Shown piece by piece: positions 38,331 to 50,100 of a stretch of 64,000 nucleotides of DNA; the stretch's first letter is position 1; each line of letters opens with the position of its first letter. The notes beneath the pieces were generated by a model. It ran no database searches. It saw only the letters and a program-made list of their open reading frames with translations, and was not told the DNA's origin. Source of the DNA: Vicugna vicugna. Its lineage: Eukaryota. Both the position numbers and the translations under genes were made by a program. The stretch lies in assembly GCA_013265495.1 (NCBI GenBank), contig MU058059.1:4131502-4195501 (forward strand). The letters are read 5' to 3'.

Positions 38331-41219
38331 TTTGCTCGTTCCACATCAGCTGCATCACTTAAGGACACGGGCATTTTGTTCATTTCAGAAATCAGGACAT
38401 GCCCCCAGGTCCCCTCCCCGGCTCCACACCCCCTGGCCCCCGAGCCGAGAAGGCGCAGAGCGCCAACCCCGGCTGGCGGCACCTGGGCGCCTGCTCACGG
38501 CCTCTTCCCGACTCCTGGCCCGGAGCTCGGACTCGCCCACGGCAGGGCCTTCACGCCACGGGAATGCGTCAGCACGACAGACCAGGTGGGCTTTCGCGAA
38601 TGCCCGGCTGTCACAAGCCCCCAAGAGCACCCCAGGGCGTGGCGGACGTCTGCTGACAGGCTCCCAGCTGTGAAGGCTTGGCTCAACTGGGCAGACAAAA
38701 CAGACTGAAGCGGGCGGCTCTGAAATCGGGTCCAGCAAGTCCGCCGGGGGAGAAGCGGCCACACGAGCCCAGTGGGGCGGCCGGCTCAGCCGTCAGCCCT
38801 CCCTCGGGGGCCCAGTTACACAGCTGGCCCTCTGGGCCACTGCTTTCGGGTGGAAAAAAGGAATCATTGAAACTGAGATAAACTGAAAGCAAGATTTCAT
38901 GAAAAAGATGGAGTCCAGGCTGTTACCCGCACTTTCAGCAAACACCCCCTCCTCTCTCCCGGACCAGCCGTGAACGTACACAGCCGCCAAGTCCTGAGAT
39001 GTCCCTGCCAGAGCAGGAAGCTGAGAGCACCACACGCACAAGGATCCGCCACAGCAGGACCCAAAGCTGGCAACTCGGGTGCCGAGAAATCACTACCTGC
39101 ACACCCGCTGAGCTGGTCCCTGCTTTTTTCTGAGGTTTTATTGGAAACAGCCAGTCCTGGGCAGTCCGACAGCAGAGCCCACACAGTGGTCATCCACGCT
39201 GCTTCCGAGGAAGGACACATAAAAATGTCACGGTGGCGTCTCACTGAGCAGCCACGGGGGAGCAGGCACAGGGCGGCGGGCATCTGTCCCGGAGTCACCG
39301 CGGCGGAGGCAGGCAAGGCGCACACTCCCTGGATGTCTCTCCGAGCATCCTCTGTGCTCTCCTGAGACCCAGCCGCGCTCCCCAGGGTTGGTGTCTGACT
39401 CCCTTCAGCCTCGCAGAAGTCGGGGTTTTCTTTACTTTTTGGACAGAGATCTCCTGTGAAGCTCCAGGTCCCGGCCCCAAAAAGTGTCCGTGGGGGGCTC
39501 TGCTCTCCAGCCAGAATCCTGAATTTTGTCCGACAGGGAGATTCATGAGGGCGTTTCCAGGCCACAGACGGGGGGAGGAGAGGTGCCCCCTCCCCTCCCC
39601 CAGGCCACGGAGAGAGGCTGATGCAACAGTTCTGGGACAGCCAAGGCTTTTCTTCAGAATCATGCTTTTTACTGATAAATAGTTAACATTACAGGCACAT
39701 GTAAGAATGTCTGACTAATCTCTTGGCACAGGGAGAATCCCTGGGCTTTCAATTCGAAGCAGTTGAACAGCCATCAATATGCTTTTAAAGATGCAGCAAA
39801 TACCAGGCTTGAAAAAGCCTCTCTCCCTACAGCGTCTTCAGACGTGCGGCCCCCTGACACGAGGTACGGCTTTCTCGGACAAACAGCAGAACCGCCCTGC
39901 CTCCCTGTGCCTCCAGGGCCCAGACTGCTGCAGGCAGAGCCCTCTGGGTGCTGGTGACACCAGCAGGCTTCCTTTACTTCACCGTGTCTGCTCTCTGCTT
40001 TAGGTGGAACTGGAGATAGAAAAACTGCATTTTCAGGGAAATGAAATGCTTATGGCCAGGGCAGGTGACCAGCCCCTGCAGAACCTAGACGCAGATTCGT
40101 GGATTTAGACTGGGGAGACCCAGACCTTCCCAGGCACGCCCTCCCCTCAGAGCGATGCCCTTTTGTCTCTCGGGGACGCAGTCCACAGAGCAGCCTTTCA
40201 GAGCTGCGTGCCCGCGGGAGAGGGGCTCCCCCGGGGGTGATCAGGAGAGAGCACAGGCCCTTCCCAGGCCTTCGACTTTGAGACAAACATCACCGCTTCC
40301 ATTTGACAGGAAGAGAGAGGAGGACCTGGAAGTAAAACCGAATGTCTGCAAAGCCGAGGAGGATGGTGCGTTCTGGGCCAGGGCTGCGGGGTAATGGGCA
40401 GGAAGCCTGCAGAGCCGTGGCCATGACAGCAGCCTCAAGGGAAGAGGTGGAGAGCCAGGCAGAGGGGCCGCGTGGACGGGGACCGCCAGTGACAGCGCGG
40501 GGGATGAGGAGGGAAGACGCCTGCCTGGTCCCAGGCCGTGGCTTCTGCGCTTCACACGCGGTCCTCACTCCCCTTTGGAGAGGCAGGAGCCATGGTTTGA
40601 TGTTTTTAATCTGGAGTTCTTAAACCGTGCCTGGCACATAAATGCTTTATATAAACAACGAAGGGGGGTATTGCAAGTGAACAGATGTGCCGAACGGGGA
40701 ACACATGGTTCAGCTGGTGAAGTCCCGGTCTTAGAGCCGTCACATCCTTCTCCACGGGGCCAGCATTACAATGGCCAGGAGTTCCCCTTGTTTATAAGGG
40801 ACCTAAAGAGATTTGTGGCCACCGTCCTTGGACCCCTTCCTTGGAGCATCCCCATGTTACAGACCAAACGACTCTTCCTGGGTTGCAATTCAAAGCAGAG
40901 GAAGGTTTGGAAACAGCCCGTGGAGCCCCTGGGTGAAAGGGGCAGTGACGCACGTCTGGCCCAGCTTCTCGGCCCTCCTGGTTGCATGAGGCTCTTACAG
41001 CTTCACCTGCATCCCTGCTTAATGGCTTAATTCAGATGCAAACAACAGCCTTGCACTTCAGAAGTTTCACATTCGGGGCCATTTCAAATAAGACACAGCG
41101 AGGAAACGGCCCCCACCCTCACGTGTCACCTTTGAGGGGCCCAGAAGAAGAGGGTCCTGGGCGAGCTGCCGAGGGGAACGCCCCGTTCGCGGCCAGCCCT
41201 CAGGCCAGAGGCTGCTGTT

Positions 41220-41801
41220 CCCGCCCACGGACTTCGCTTTACACTGACGTCTAGCTGAGTTACAACACTGTGTTAATTTCTGGTGTACAGCACAGTGATT
41301 CAGTTAAACATATATTTACATATATTCGTTTTCATATTCTTTTTTATTATAGGTTATTACCAGCTATTGACTATCCTTCCCTGTGCTATACAGTAGGACC
41401 CTGTCATTTAACTATTTTGTATATTTTGTAGTTTGTATCTGCCAATCTCAAACTCCTAATTTCTCCCTCCATCCCACTTTCCCCTTTGGTAACCATAGGT
41501 TTGTTTTTTATGTCTGTGAGTCTATTTCTGTTTTGTAAATAAGTTCATTTGTGTCATTTTTGTTTTCAGATTCCACATATAAGTGATATCTTACAGTTAT
41601 GGTATATATATATACATACACACACACATACATATATATTTATCATACACATACACAATGGAATACTACTCAGCCATAAAAAAGAATGAAAAATGCCATT
41701 TACAGCAACGTGGATGGACGTAGAGATGATCACACTAAGTAGGTCAGACAAAGACAAACAGCATATCATATCATTTATATGTGGAACCCATCCACAGATT
41801 T
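41220..41801 (-). mobile_element. L1 3' insertion with 5' inversion and degenerate TSD
   Basis: Minus-strand 3' terminus 41235-41596; inverted (plus-strand) segment 41597-41786. TSD-like cccgcccacggactt (41220-41234) / cccatccacagattt (41787-41801), running into a TTTT/AA endonuclease-type site. Confidence 0.85.
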
Positions 41802-42124
41802 TTAACGCTCTCCTATGGTGTTTAGCGGAGTCAGACACAGTTTGGTCGATGGATGGAGTGTTAAGAGTGTCTACGTTTGCCAAGAGGAGATGGGGTCTGC
41901 GAGCTCTCGAGTCTCTTCCCTGGGGCGAGGGAGGCACGGCGGTGCTGCCTGAGCCCGACACTCCCCCAGGGGCCCCACGTCGTCTGATCTCATTGCTGTT
42001 TGAGGTTCCATCTATACTTGGACGACAGTAAAGTTATAAGTTCAAAATAGTTTTTCAAAAACAAATTATCTAGGGAGCTACTAAAGATAAGACTTTTACA
42101 TAACTGTCTTATAAAGAGCAAGTG

Positions 42125-42291
42125 TTATGGTTACCAGGGGGTTGGGGGGTGGGAGGGATAAATGAGGAGTTTGGGATTAGCAGTTACTAACTACTATATA
42201 TAAAACAGATAAACAAGGACCTACTCTCTAGCACAGGGAACTGCAGTCAATACCTTGTAATAGCCTATAATGAAAAAGAGTATGAAAAAGA

Positions 42292-42325
<34 letters not shown>

Positions 42326-42410
42326 ATATATATGAAAAACTAAATCACTGTGCTGTACACCAGAAACTAACACAACATTGTAAACCGACTAGACTTCAAT
42401 TAACAAAGAA
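42125..42410 (+). mobile_element. L1 3' end containing a (TG)n microsatellite (~42293-42322)
   Basis: ttatggttaccagggg...gggagggataaatgaggagtttggg...caccagaaactaacacaacattgtaaaccgactagacttcaat. Confidence 0.9.
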
Positions 42411-45400
42411 GAGGGCAAATGTGACTGAAGTTCAGAGAAAGAGATGCTGCTCGTCCCTGGGGGCAATCTCCTCTTTGCCAAACATCCTGAAGTGTGACAC
42501 CAGGGATGGTTCCCTGCCTTTTTTCTCATCCCTTTTGTTTAAAACAAATAAAGAAGGAAGAGCTTAATTTAAATGACAGAACTTCATACTTACTTTTCTA
42601 GACTTCAGTGATAAAATGAGGGCCTCTGGGATGTGACAGCGGTAAACCCATGGTGCCCGTGATCGATGGGGTCTGAGGTATGGTCTCAGTAGAATCACAG
42701 TTCTGCTCTTTCTCTTTTGGTCATTTAGGTACCTAAACATGTACCTGCAATTTTAATACACTCTAGAATTTCATACTTTCAAAGGATTTTCCTTATTACG
42801 CAACGTATACACATTTAAATCATGAGAAATCCCACCATCCAGAAATTAACCACTGTTGATACGTTTGCATGTATCCTTTTGGACCGGTTTGCTCTCCGTG
42901 AGAGAGGCAGACAGAGAGAAACCCCACACAGTGTCATGCAGTGGACTTCCTCTCTTAACCTCATGTAGCAAAACATGTCTTGTCAATACACATCCTTAAA
43001 CAGCACGATTTTGGCACAAAGGTCACCAACCCTCTGTGCACAGATACACCCTGATTTCCCCGGCCGGTTCTTCTGTGCTGGACACGGGCCGCGAGTGTGG
43101 CAACCCCTTCTGCAGACCCTAAGATAGCTCCTTAAATAAGCAAGTAGCGAGGTGACAGACACATTTGTGTCTCTTAGTACTCAGAACTAAAAATGTCCTC
43201 CAGAGTCACATTAGTTTAAAGGTAAAACCTAATGAAACTGGTGATAGTTGGCCGTTTTGCTTATAAAAACAGTTTCATAGGACTCAACATACCATAAGCA
43301 CATTTTTAGAAGAATCTTAATAGCCGCACTTAAACACTTTATTCTGCCACTGGGAGACGTGGGCGGAGCGGTCACTACAGCTGAGCATGACTTTAGACTC
43401 TGAGTCCATACTCGGGAACACAGCGTCCGTGGGCTCTGCCTGCTTGCGGCGTACAGTCTGGAGCCCTAGAGACACACCAAAGACGGCTGCGTGGCCACCG
43501 ACCAAAGAGAGGCGATGGCTGCGCAGTCACCCATGGCAGAAAAGCGGAGGAAGAGAAGGCGGAGAAGGCAACGCTCTGAATTGGGGGGGGATGGGGCATT
43601 TACGCAGAGCAGACTGGCGGGGTAGGAGGTGGGGAGGGCCTTCCAGGCAGAGGAAACAGGCCGCAGGAGGGCTGGAGGCAAAGTCCTCTCTTGCTGAACA
43701 GTCAGAAGGGCTGACAGCTGAAATCAGGGGGCAGGGCTGCAGGCTACACAGTCGGAGAGAGGAGGGGGGATGTATTTTTCGCATCTTTAACAATTTTTTA
43801 GAAAGATATCTAATTTTTCCTTTAACTTGCATTTCTTTTAACCTAATGATACTGACCTTTCTCCAACATTCCCTTGGCCATTTACAGCCCTTCTGAATGC
43901 CTGTTTTTGCTTTTTCTCCATTTTTCTACAGGCGTAATCATTCTCTCTGCGATGACATGTTAAGGGTATTAACATTTTTTTCATTTATTTCACAATTCTT
44001 TTCTCCACTTACTATGCTTTTCAGGACGCAGTTACTCAGCACGCGCTTCGGGCCAGGAGCTGTGCACCTGCTGCAGGTGCCTCCTGTCACGGGAACAAGT
44101 GTCCCACAGGTCATCTGTCATTGATCTGAGGTGACCGGGCTGTGCCTTCCTTACCACAGCCACCCAGGGCGCTTCCTGGGGAGACCGGCAGACCCTCGCA
44201 CGGCCATGCCCGTCCTGCAGACAGGCCCCTTTCCTGAGTTCTCACCAAGGTGATCTGCTGGGGCCATTTTCAGTCGTGCTGATGGGCAGGAAGATCTGCT
44301 TGGCTGAGGATGCCTGCCCTGGTTAGCCTGTAGGGGACCACAGGCAAGAAGATGGATCACTGCTTCCAAATATTCTAGCACAGCCACTTGGAAGACAGGT
44401 GACAGGAGCTCACCTGGAGTAACCGTCACCTGCCCACCAGGAGCTTTCAACGCACGTTTACAAGGAAGGAGATTCCACGTCCCAGGACTGTCTGTTTTTC
44501 TATCAGTTTGGGGGAAAGAGTGGGTGGTGTGTCCAGATGGGAAATGATTCACTTCAAATGGCACCTTAGCAGCATTTTCTTCTACACCCCAGCCTGAGTC
44601 AGTACCCTGGGAGACCCCAGAAAGTCTCTACATAGGCACTAAGTCCCAGCTACTCTCAGACCACGAGAGCAAGGTTCTGTCGAGGTGACTTGGTGACGTG
44701 AGGGGGCGCGGACCCTCCGGTAGTTTTCTGGAGCTAAAAGGGATGACTTCTTTCTTGCAGCCCGAGGGCCTTCTGGGAGCGGTTTGGGGCTCAGACTCTG
44801 AAATGGCAATGCCTCAATTTCTTTTCTTCTTTTTCTAAGTAAGGCAGACTCTAAGGCTAGTAAACCTTCCCGGGGTTTACAAAGGCGGAGCTCGCTCTGG
44901 AGTGCCTCCTGAAGTTTGTTCTCAGGGAACTGCTTTTTACACCCTCCTCAGAAAAGAGAGAAAGGAGGAGAAAGTCCTAGGACCACAGAGGGGCAGCTTC
45001 GTAGACACGCAGGCCGGAGCGGGGCCCTCAGCACAGCACCGCGGACGGGAGAGTCTTGGCCACTGTGGTCCCTGCCCTTCGGCTGCTGTGCTGCTTGGCT
45101 AACCTTCCCGGCCAGGGGAAGTCCAGGGTCTGGCATCTGAGCCGTAACAGGTTCACCAAGACCGAAATTCCTGGGGCTAGAACTTCGGGCCCTGGATAGA
45201 GGAAGGAAACGGTCCGAGGTCATCGCCACAGGTTGGGCAGGCAAGGCCTTGCACTCCCAGTGGGACACGTCTCTGCCAGAGACCAGAAGACCAAACCGTC
45301 GCCAGCTGGGTTGCGCTGTGCTCTGCACGGAGGATTGGTCAACACAAGCCCACGGCACTCCTGTCGGCGGTGCGGCTGCTCCAGCAGAACCCGGGACCCT

Positions 45401-46669
45401 GCAAGGCCCCCCCAGCTGTGCTCCCACCTCTGGCTCCCTCCCTGAGCACCCTCCGGGGCCGCCTTCTCCTCTGCACCCCAGAGACCCGGGCTGCTTGCTG
45501 TTGAACTTGCTCAGAACATCCATTTTCATCTTCTCTGCTTTCCTCACAACGACATCTCCTAAAACAGACTCTCCAGCGTTTGTCAGCAAGAGAAATGGGT
45601 ATTTAGTTTGGGAAAAGTAAACTCACTGCTAGACAATTACATGTAATGACCAGGAGATGGACAAAATTAAACACATCTCCTGGAAGCAGCTGACGGAATG
45701 GAGCCAGCAACGCCAGGAGGTCGCAGGTGGACGGCGGAGGGCCCCTCCCACCTTCAGTACAGGAGGGACTTCAGCGTTCTTCCCTGATGAACACAAAAGG
45801 GCATGATTCACTCTTCTGATTTTAAGTTTGGCTTCTTCATTCAATCATCCTAGACCTTCTGGGGGGATGTGCCGCACACCAGCGTGTGCACGAGGCAGTG
45901 TCTTGTTCTGAGCCTGTGATCGGGGCTGAGCTTCGTGGAGGGGAAAGTTCAATGCTTATCCACCCCGCGGCTGCGACTGACAGATGACTGGGAATTCTGG
46001 CAGATTTGCCCAAACTGCTACCTGTTAGCTCCCCTGTGTACAAAGTGAGCTCGCTGTCACGCTGTCCCTGTGCTCCAGGTGACGGTGACAGCGATGTGAA
46101 AACAGCCCTGTGTTACAGTCAGAACCGATTTCCACAACATTGAATGTTTTCTTCATTTCTTTCATTTTCCTGTGTGCCATCTCCCAAACTCTGGGAGCTT
46201 CATTCCAAGGACCTAACCTCCCCCCTCCCCGTGCCACTTCTGCTCTCTGCTGAGCAACTCACAGTGTTCTAGACAGACGCCTCCTTCCCCACCTACCTTC
46301 CCGACATTTCCTGAGTTACGCTCCATATTCTCCAAGGCTTTGCCTTGGCTGTGATTATCCAGGAAAATGGTAAGTTAAGTCACATGAGAATGTTCCTTTA
46401 ATAAACTGCCTTCATTCAGTGGGTCGGGACACAAGTGGTGGCTTTCACAGAGCAGAGCCGAGACGAGAGATGGGACTTTCCATGAGAGATTATGGAGGTA
46501 AACGCCAAATGATCCCACGTGTACGGGGCATGTTTTGCTTTCAATATGCAAATAACTTCGCCATCTAAATGGCACATAAAGATCTCACTTTATATTCAGT
46601 TTCACCTTATAACTGATCAACTTGAGAAGCAGGGCACCTATGAAGGAACAGAAAGTAAACCCGGGGGCA

Positions 46670-46830
46670 GAAGACCTGCGGTTAAATCTGAATTCAGCTC
46701 ACAGACTATGTGACCTTGGCTACTGGCCTCAGCTTCCCCCTCTGTAAGATGGGGTTAATTATACTCGCTTCATGTGGTTCTTAGCAAATTGAAATCACAG
46801 TATGAAGGATGCTTTGCAAAGAGCTCAGTG
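46670..46830 (+). mobile_element. MIR
   Basis: tgtgaccttgg...cctcagcttccccctctgtaagatgggg MIR core. Confidence 0.75.
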
Positions 46831-47849
46831 TTACAAAAATGTAAAACGCTGAATAAAAGTTCACATATTAGGCATCTAATAGCTATTATTAACAGCAGCG
46901 AGGCCCGACCACAGGCACACACCTATTTTAAGCTCTCACTTGTGCCAAAAACCAGGCCCAGACGGAGGAAGGAAAGGCCCATAAATCAGTCCCCGTAAGA
47001 AGCCTCCTTAGGACGCCAGCAAAGACTGAAACGGTTTTAGCTCCCAGTTTAATGAGCGCTGAGCAACTACAGAAAAATACTAGAAGTTAATCAGTCAGGC
47101 TTCACATGTCATGAATAAAATACACTGTTCTAATAGCAAGCAATAAACACTGAGAGTCCTCGTGACGAGAAAAAACAGCACCCCCCATGCACTTTGTAAA
47201 TGAATGTGTGCATGAATCGATTTTGATAAACGAAGGTGATTTCCCAGAAAGAGATTTCCAGCACCCAAAACAGGGAACTAGAGAACAGTTTACTCACCCT
47301 TCGCAAGTGGGTGGACGTTCTTAACAGCTTCAAGAGGAGACTCGATAAAAGGTGAGAGCTTCAGCGACTGCTGTGTTATAGGTCGTCGTGAAACTTTAAT
47401 TCCAAGCCACGTCTCGGCCCACAGGTGTGTGCGCGACACCGGCGGAAACGCTGAGCCTGACGGTGAGAGTCCAGGACACGCAGCGCATCCCACCAGAGCG
47501 ACAACCGTGAGACAGGACGGCGCCCTCGGGAAGCGCCCTGCCGTCAGCACCAGTTTACAGAGAGAAGGTACATGACCCCAAGCTTTCTCTAAGTGTCAGG
47601 GACCACTGCTGTCCCCTAGAAGTCGCGCACGAGTCGTGCATGACCAGATTTACTGGAGTCCATTCGCAACACCAACACGATTTGAAAATATCAACTGTCT
47701 CAAAATCTACCCATCTAAACATAAGGGTCTTTCATGCTCTGCAGTATCACCAACCAGACACCCTGGACGATGCTCCCAGGTGAAAGAAAAAGGTGAGCTC
47801 AACATCTGAAAAGACACTTACATGCACCACTAACCTGAAAGTCAGGAGT

Positions 47850-48960
47850 CCCTGGAAGCCCCAAAAGTAACTGCAAGCTGACCTGCCGTCCGGAAGGGTC
47901 TGGCTCCGTCGTCACGCTGAGAGACCACATGGAGCCCTGGGACCGAGCCGGGTCCCAGCCATGCTGGGCGTCCAAGGGAGACATCTGGACAAAGCTGGAC
48001 CCTAGAGGGTGTCCCCCTCAGTGTGAATTTTAGCCAGAAACAACCCCAGGAGGAGGAAACGGCAAGGTAGCTTGCCTCATCTATCAAGCAGGTGGAAAAA
48101 GCATCTCCCCTGAGAATTCACGCCGACAACCTGGTCTCCACACAGGTGGCTGCCCAGATTCACGGGGCTTACGTGGTCCAAAGAACTTTTACCTGAGAAT
48201 TTGGTTTAAGGTGACACCAGGTAGGTGGGGCCCCCTGGGTGCTGGGGAGAAGCACATTCTCTTGGGAAGGGATGTACTTTCATCCTAAGCCCCTGAAGTA
48301 CTAAGACAAACTTTGCAGGAATAAGAGATGACAGTAAAGTCTGTAAGACTCAAGAATCCAAAGCTTCACGATTGGAAACCAAAGGCAGCTGCTCAGCGTT
48401 GAGATGCTGGAGATACAAGACAAGGGATGTAAAATGAGTTCATCTATGAAATAAATAAAAACGAAGAAAAGACTAGAGTGGCAAGAGGATTTTCAAAAGA
48501 ACCAAAAAACTAGAAAGGAGATGAAAACGTAAATATTGAAAACAAATACTCAGTGCATGAGGTTATCACAGTTTGGGCACAAGGAGATCAGAGAAGAAAA
48601 AAAAATTTTAATTATCCAAAACACAACATGGAGGGCAGAGGTCCACCTAATCAGAGTTCTGGAAGGACAGAATTCAAAGAACAAGAAAGAAACAAGAGTC
48701 AAACAGATAATGCGTACACACTTTCCAGACCTGATGAAAGATCAAATCTTGAGCTACATTCTAATGAAATACAAAAAAGAAAAAATAAACAGAAATTATC
48801 CAGATAAACATCTTAGTTAAAGGACAGATCACCAAAGACAAAGACTATCTTAAAATCAGCCTGAGAGCAAAAGCGTATTTCCTACAAAGGAGGAGCAATT
48901 CGCCTGAACACAGCACTGGCAGCAACGGTGGGTGGAAAAACATCTTCAAGTTGATGAGAG
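47850..48960 (+). mobile_element. Ancient L1M/HAL1-like 5'UTR and ORF1 remnant
   Basis: ORF 48536-48820 contains VHLIRVLEG...QIMRTHFPDLMKD, resembling the L1 ORF1p motif IRLIGVPE...ENFPNLMKD. A-rich sense strand. Confidence 0.6.
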
Positions 48961-48969
48961 GGGCCCTGC

Positions 48970-49745
48970 TTCCAGCCGAGATGGAGTTACGGAGGCCAGA
49001 GTCACTCTCCCAGCTGCGACCAGCGAAGACAAAACAAAACAAGCAAGAAATACACCAAAGACAAGCATCTGAAACGATTTTCAAGACACTCAATCTCAGG
49101 CGACATCAGGCAAGGGTCCTTGAGGAAAAGAAAAACAGCTCAGCAAAGCCAACTACAGCTCCCAGATTCCTGCCATGAGAGGACGTCATGTGCAGCCCGG
49201 GGCGGGGAGGAGGGGCAGGCAGAGCCCAGGGCCCCCAGGTGAGGGGCTCAGCTGAGGGCCCCGGGAGGCTAGGGGTGCTGCGTTCCCAGAGAAGGGCCCC
49301 AGAATGCAGAGCAGGACCAAAGAAGGACTCTGATCTGTTCACTGTTCTGCCTGAGGGTTTGGCCAAGTCGTGCTCAGCACGTGCATGTGAGGAAATAACT
49401 CCACGAACCCAAGGGAGAAACCAGCCGAGAGGATCAGAGGGAACAGTGCCCACCTCCTCACGAGGCCAGCAGGCCTGCGCCTCCTACCAACCAGTGCTGC
49501 ACAGAAGAATCAACAGGGATTTGCCTCAGCTGAGGCGGAAAGCTGGCCAGAGAGGGAACACTGCCCTTGGCCTGCCGGACAAATGGTGAAACACGACCCC
49601 AAAGGATCAAAACTTTCCAAATAACCTAACTGCAGGCAGAACAGAGCTCAGGAATACTGACAGCAATACTAAAATACCCAGCACCCAACACGGTAAAATT
49701 CACAAGGTAGGCATCCAATTAAAAACTACCAGGTATGTAAGGAAA
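48970..49745 (+). mobile_element. Old L1 (L1MD/L1M4-like) 5' end
   Basis: ttccagccgagatggag..., ttttcaagacactcaatctcaggc, ggtaaaattcacaaggtaggcatccaattaaaaactaccagg. Confidence 0.6.
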
Positions 49746-49751
49746 AAAAAA

Positions 49752-49895
49752 GTAACCATGTGAGGTGCTGGATATTAACTAAACTTAGTGCAATCATTTC
49801 ACAATATATACAAGTATAGAATCATTATGTTGTACACCTAAAACTAATGCAATGCTGTGTATCAATTATGTCACAATAAAACTGGGGGAAAAAGA
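49752..49895 (+). mobile_element. L1MA-like 3' terminus
   Basis: aatcatttcacaatatatac...aatcattatgttgtacacctaaaactaat...tcaattat...aataaaactggg. Confidence 0.8.
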
Positions 49896-49939
49896 AAACC
49901 ATTCAAAGAACAAAACAAAGAGTTTCAGCTCGTGCATTT

Positions 49940-50100
49940 TTTAAATGGGATAAAATTTAATTTAAAAATACTCCACCCAAAAGAAGGCAGAAAAAGGAGA
50001 AAAGGAGAAGGAAGAGATAGCATACATTTTAAAAAACAGTGGATGACAGACATAGCGCAAATACACCAATCACCACACTAAATGTAAATGATCTCAAGAT
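49940..50100 (+). mobile_element. Old L1 inter-ORF region / ORF2 start
   Basis: ccaaaagaaggcagaaaaaggag followed by acactaaatgtaaatgatctca (degenerate TLNVNGL endonuclease start). Confidence 0.55.

Noticed and set aside
37912..39565. Long ORFs of 253 aa and 222 aa
   Set aside because: GC-rich, stop-poor sequence partly derived from L1MB; no domain, splice or codon support.
45032..45052. RE1/NRSE-like motif cacagcaccgcggacgggaga
   Set aside because: The core CAGCACC-nn-GGAC matches, but the right half (AGCGCC) and leading TT are absent; likely chance.
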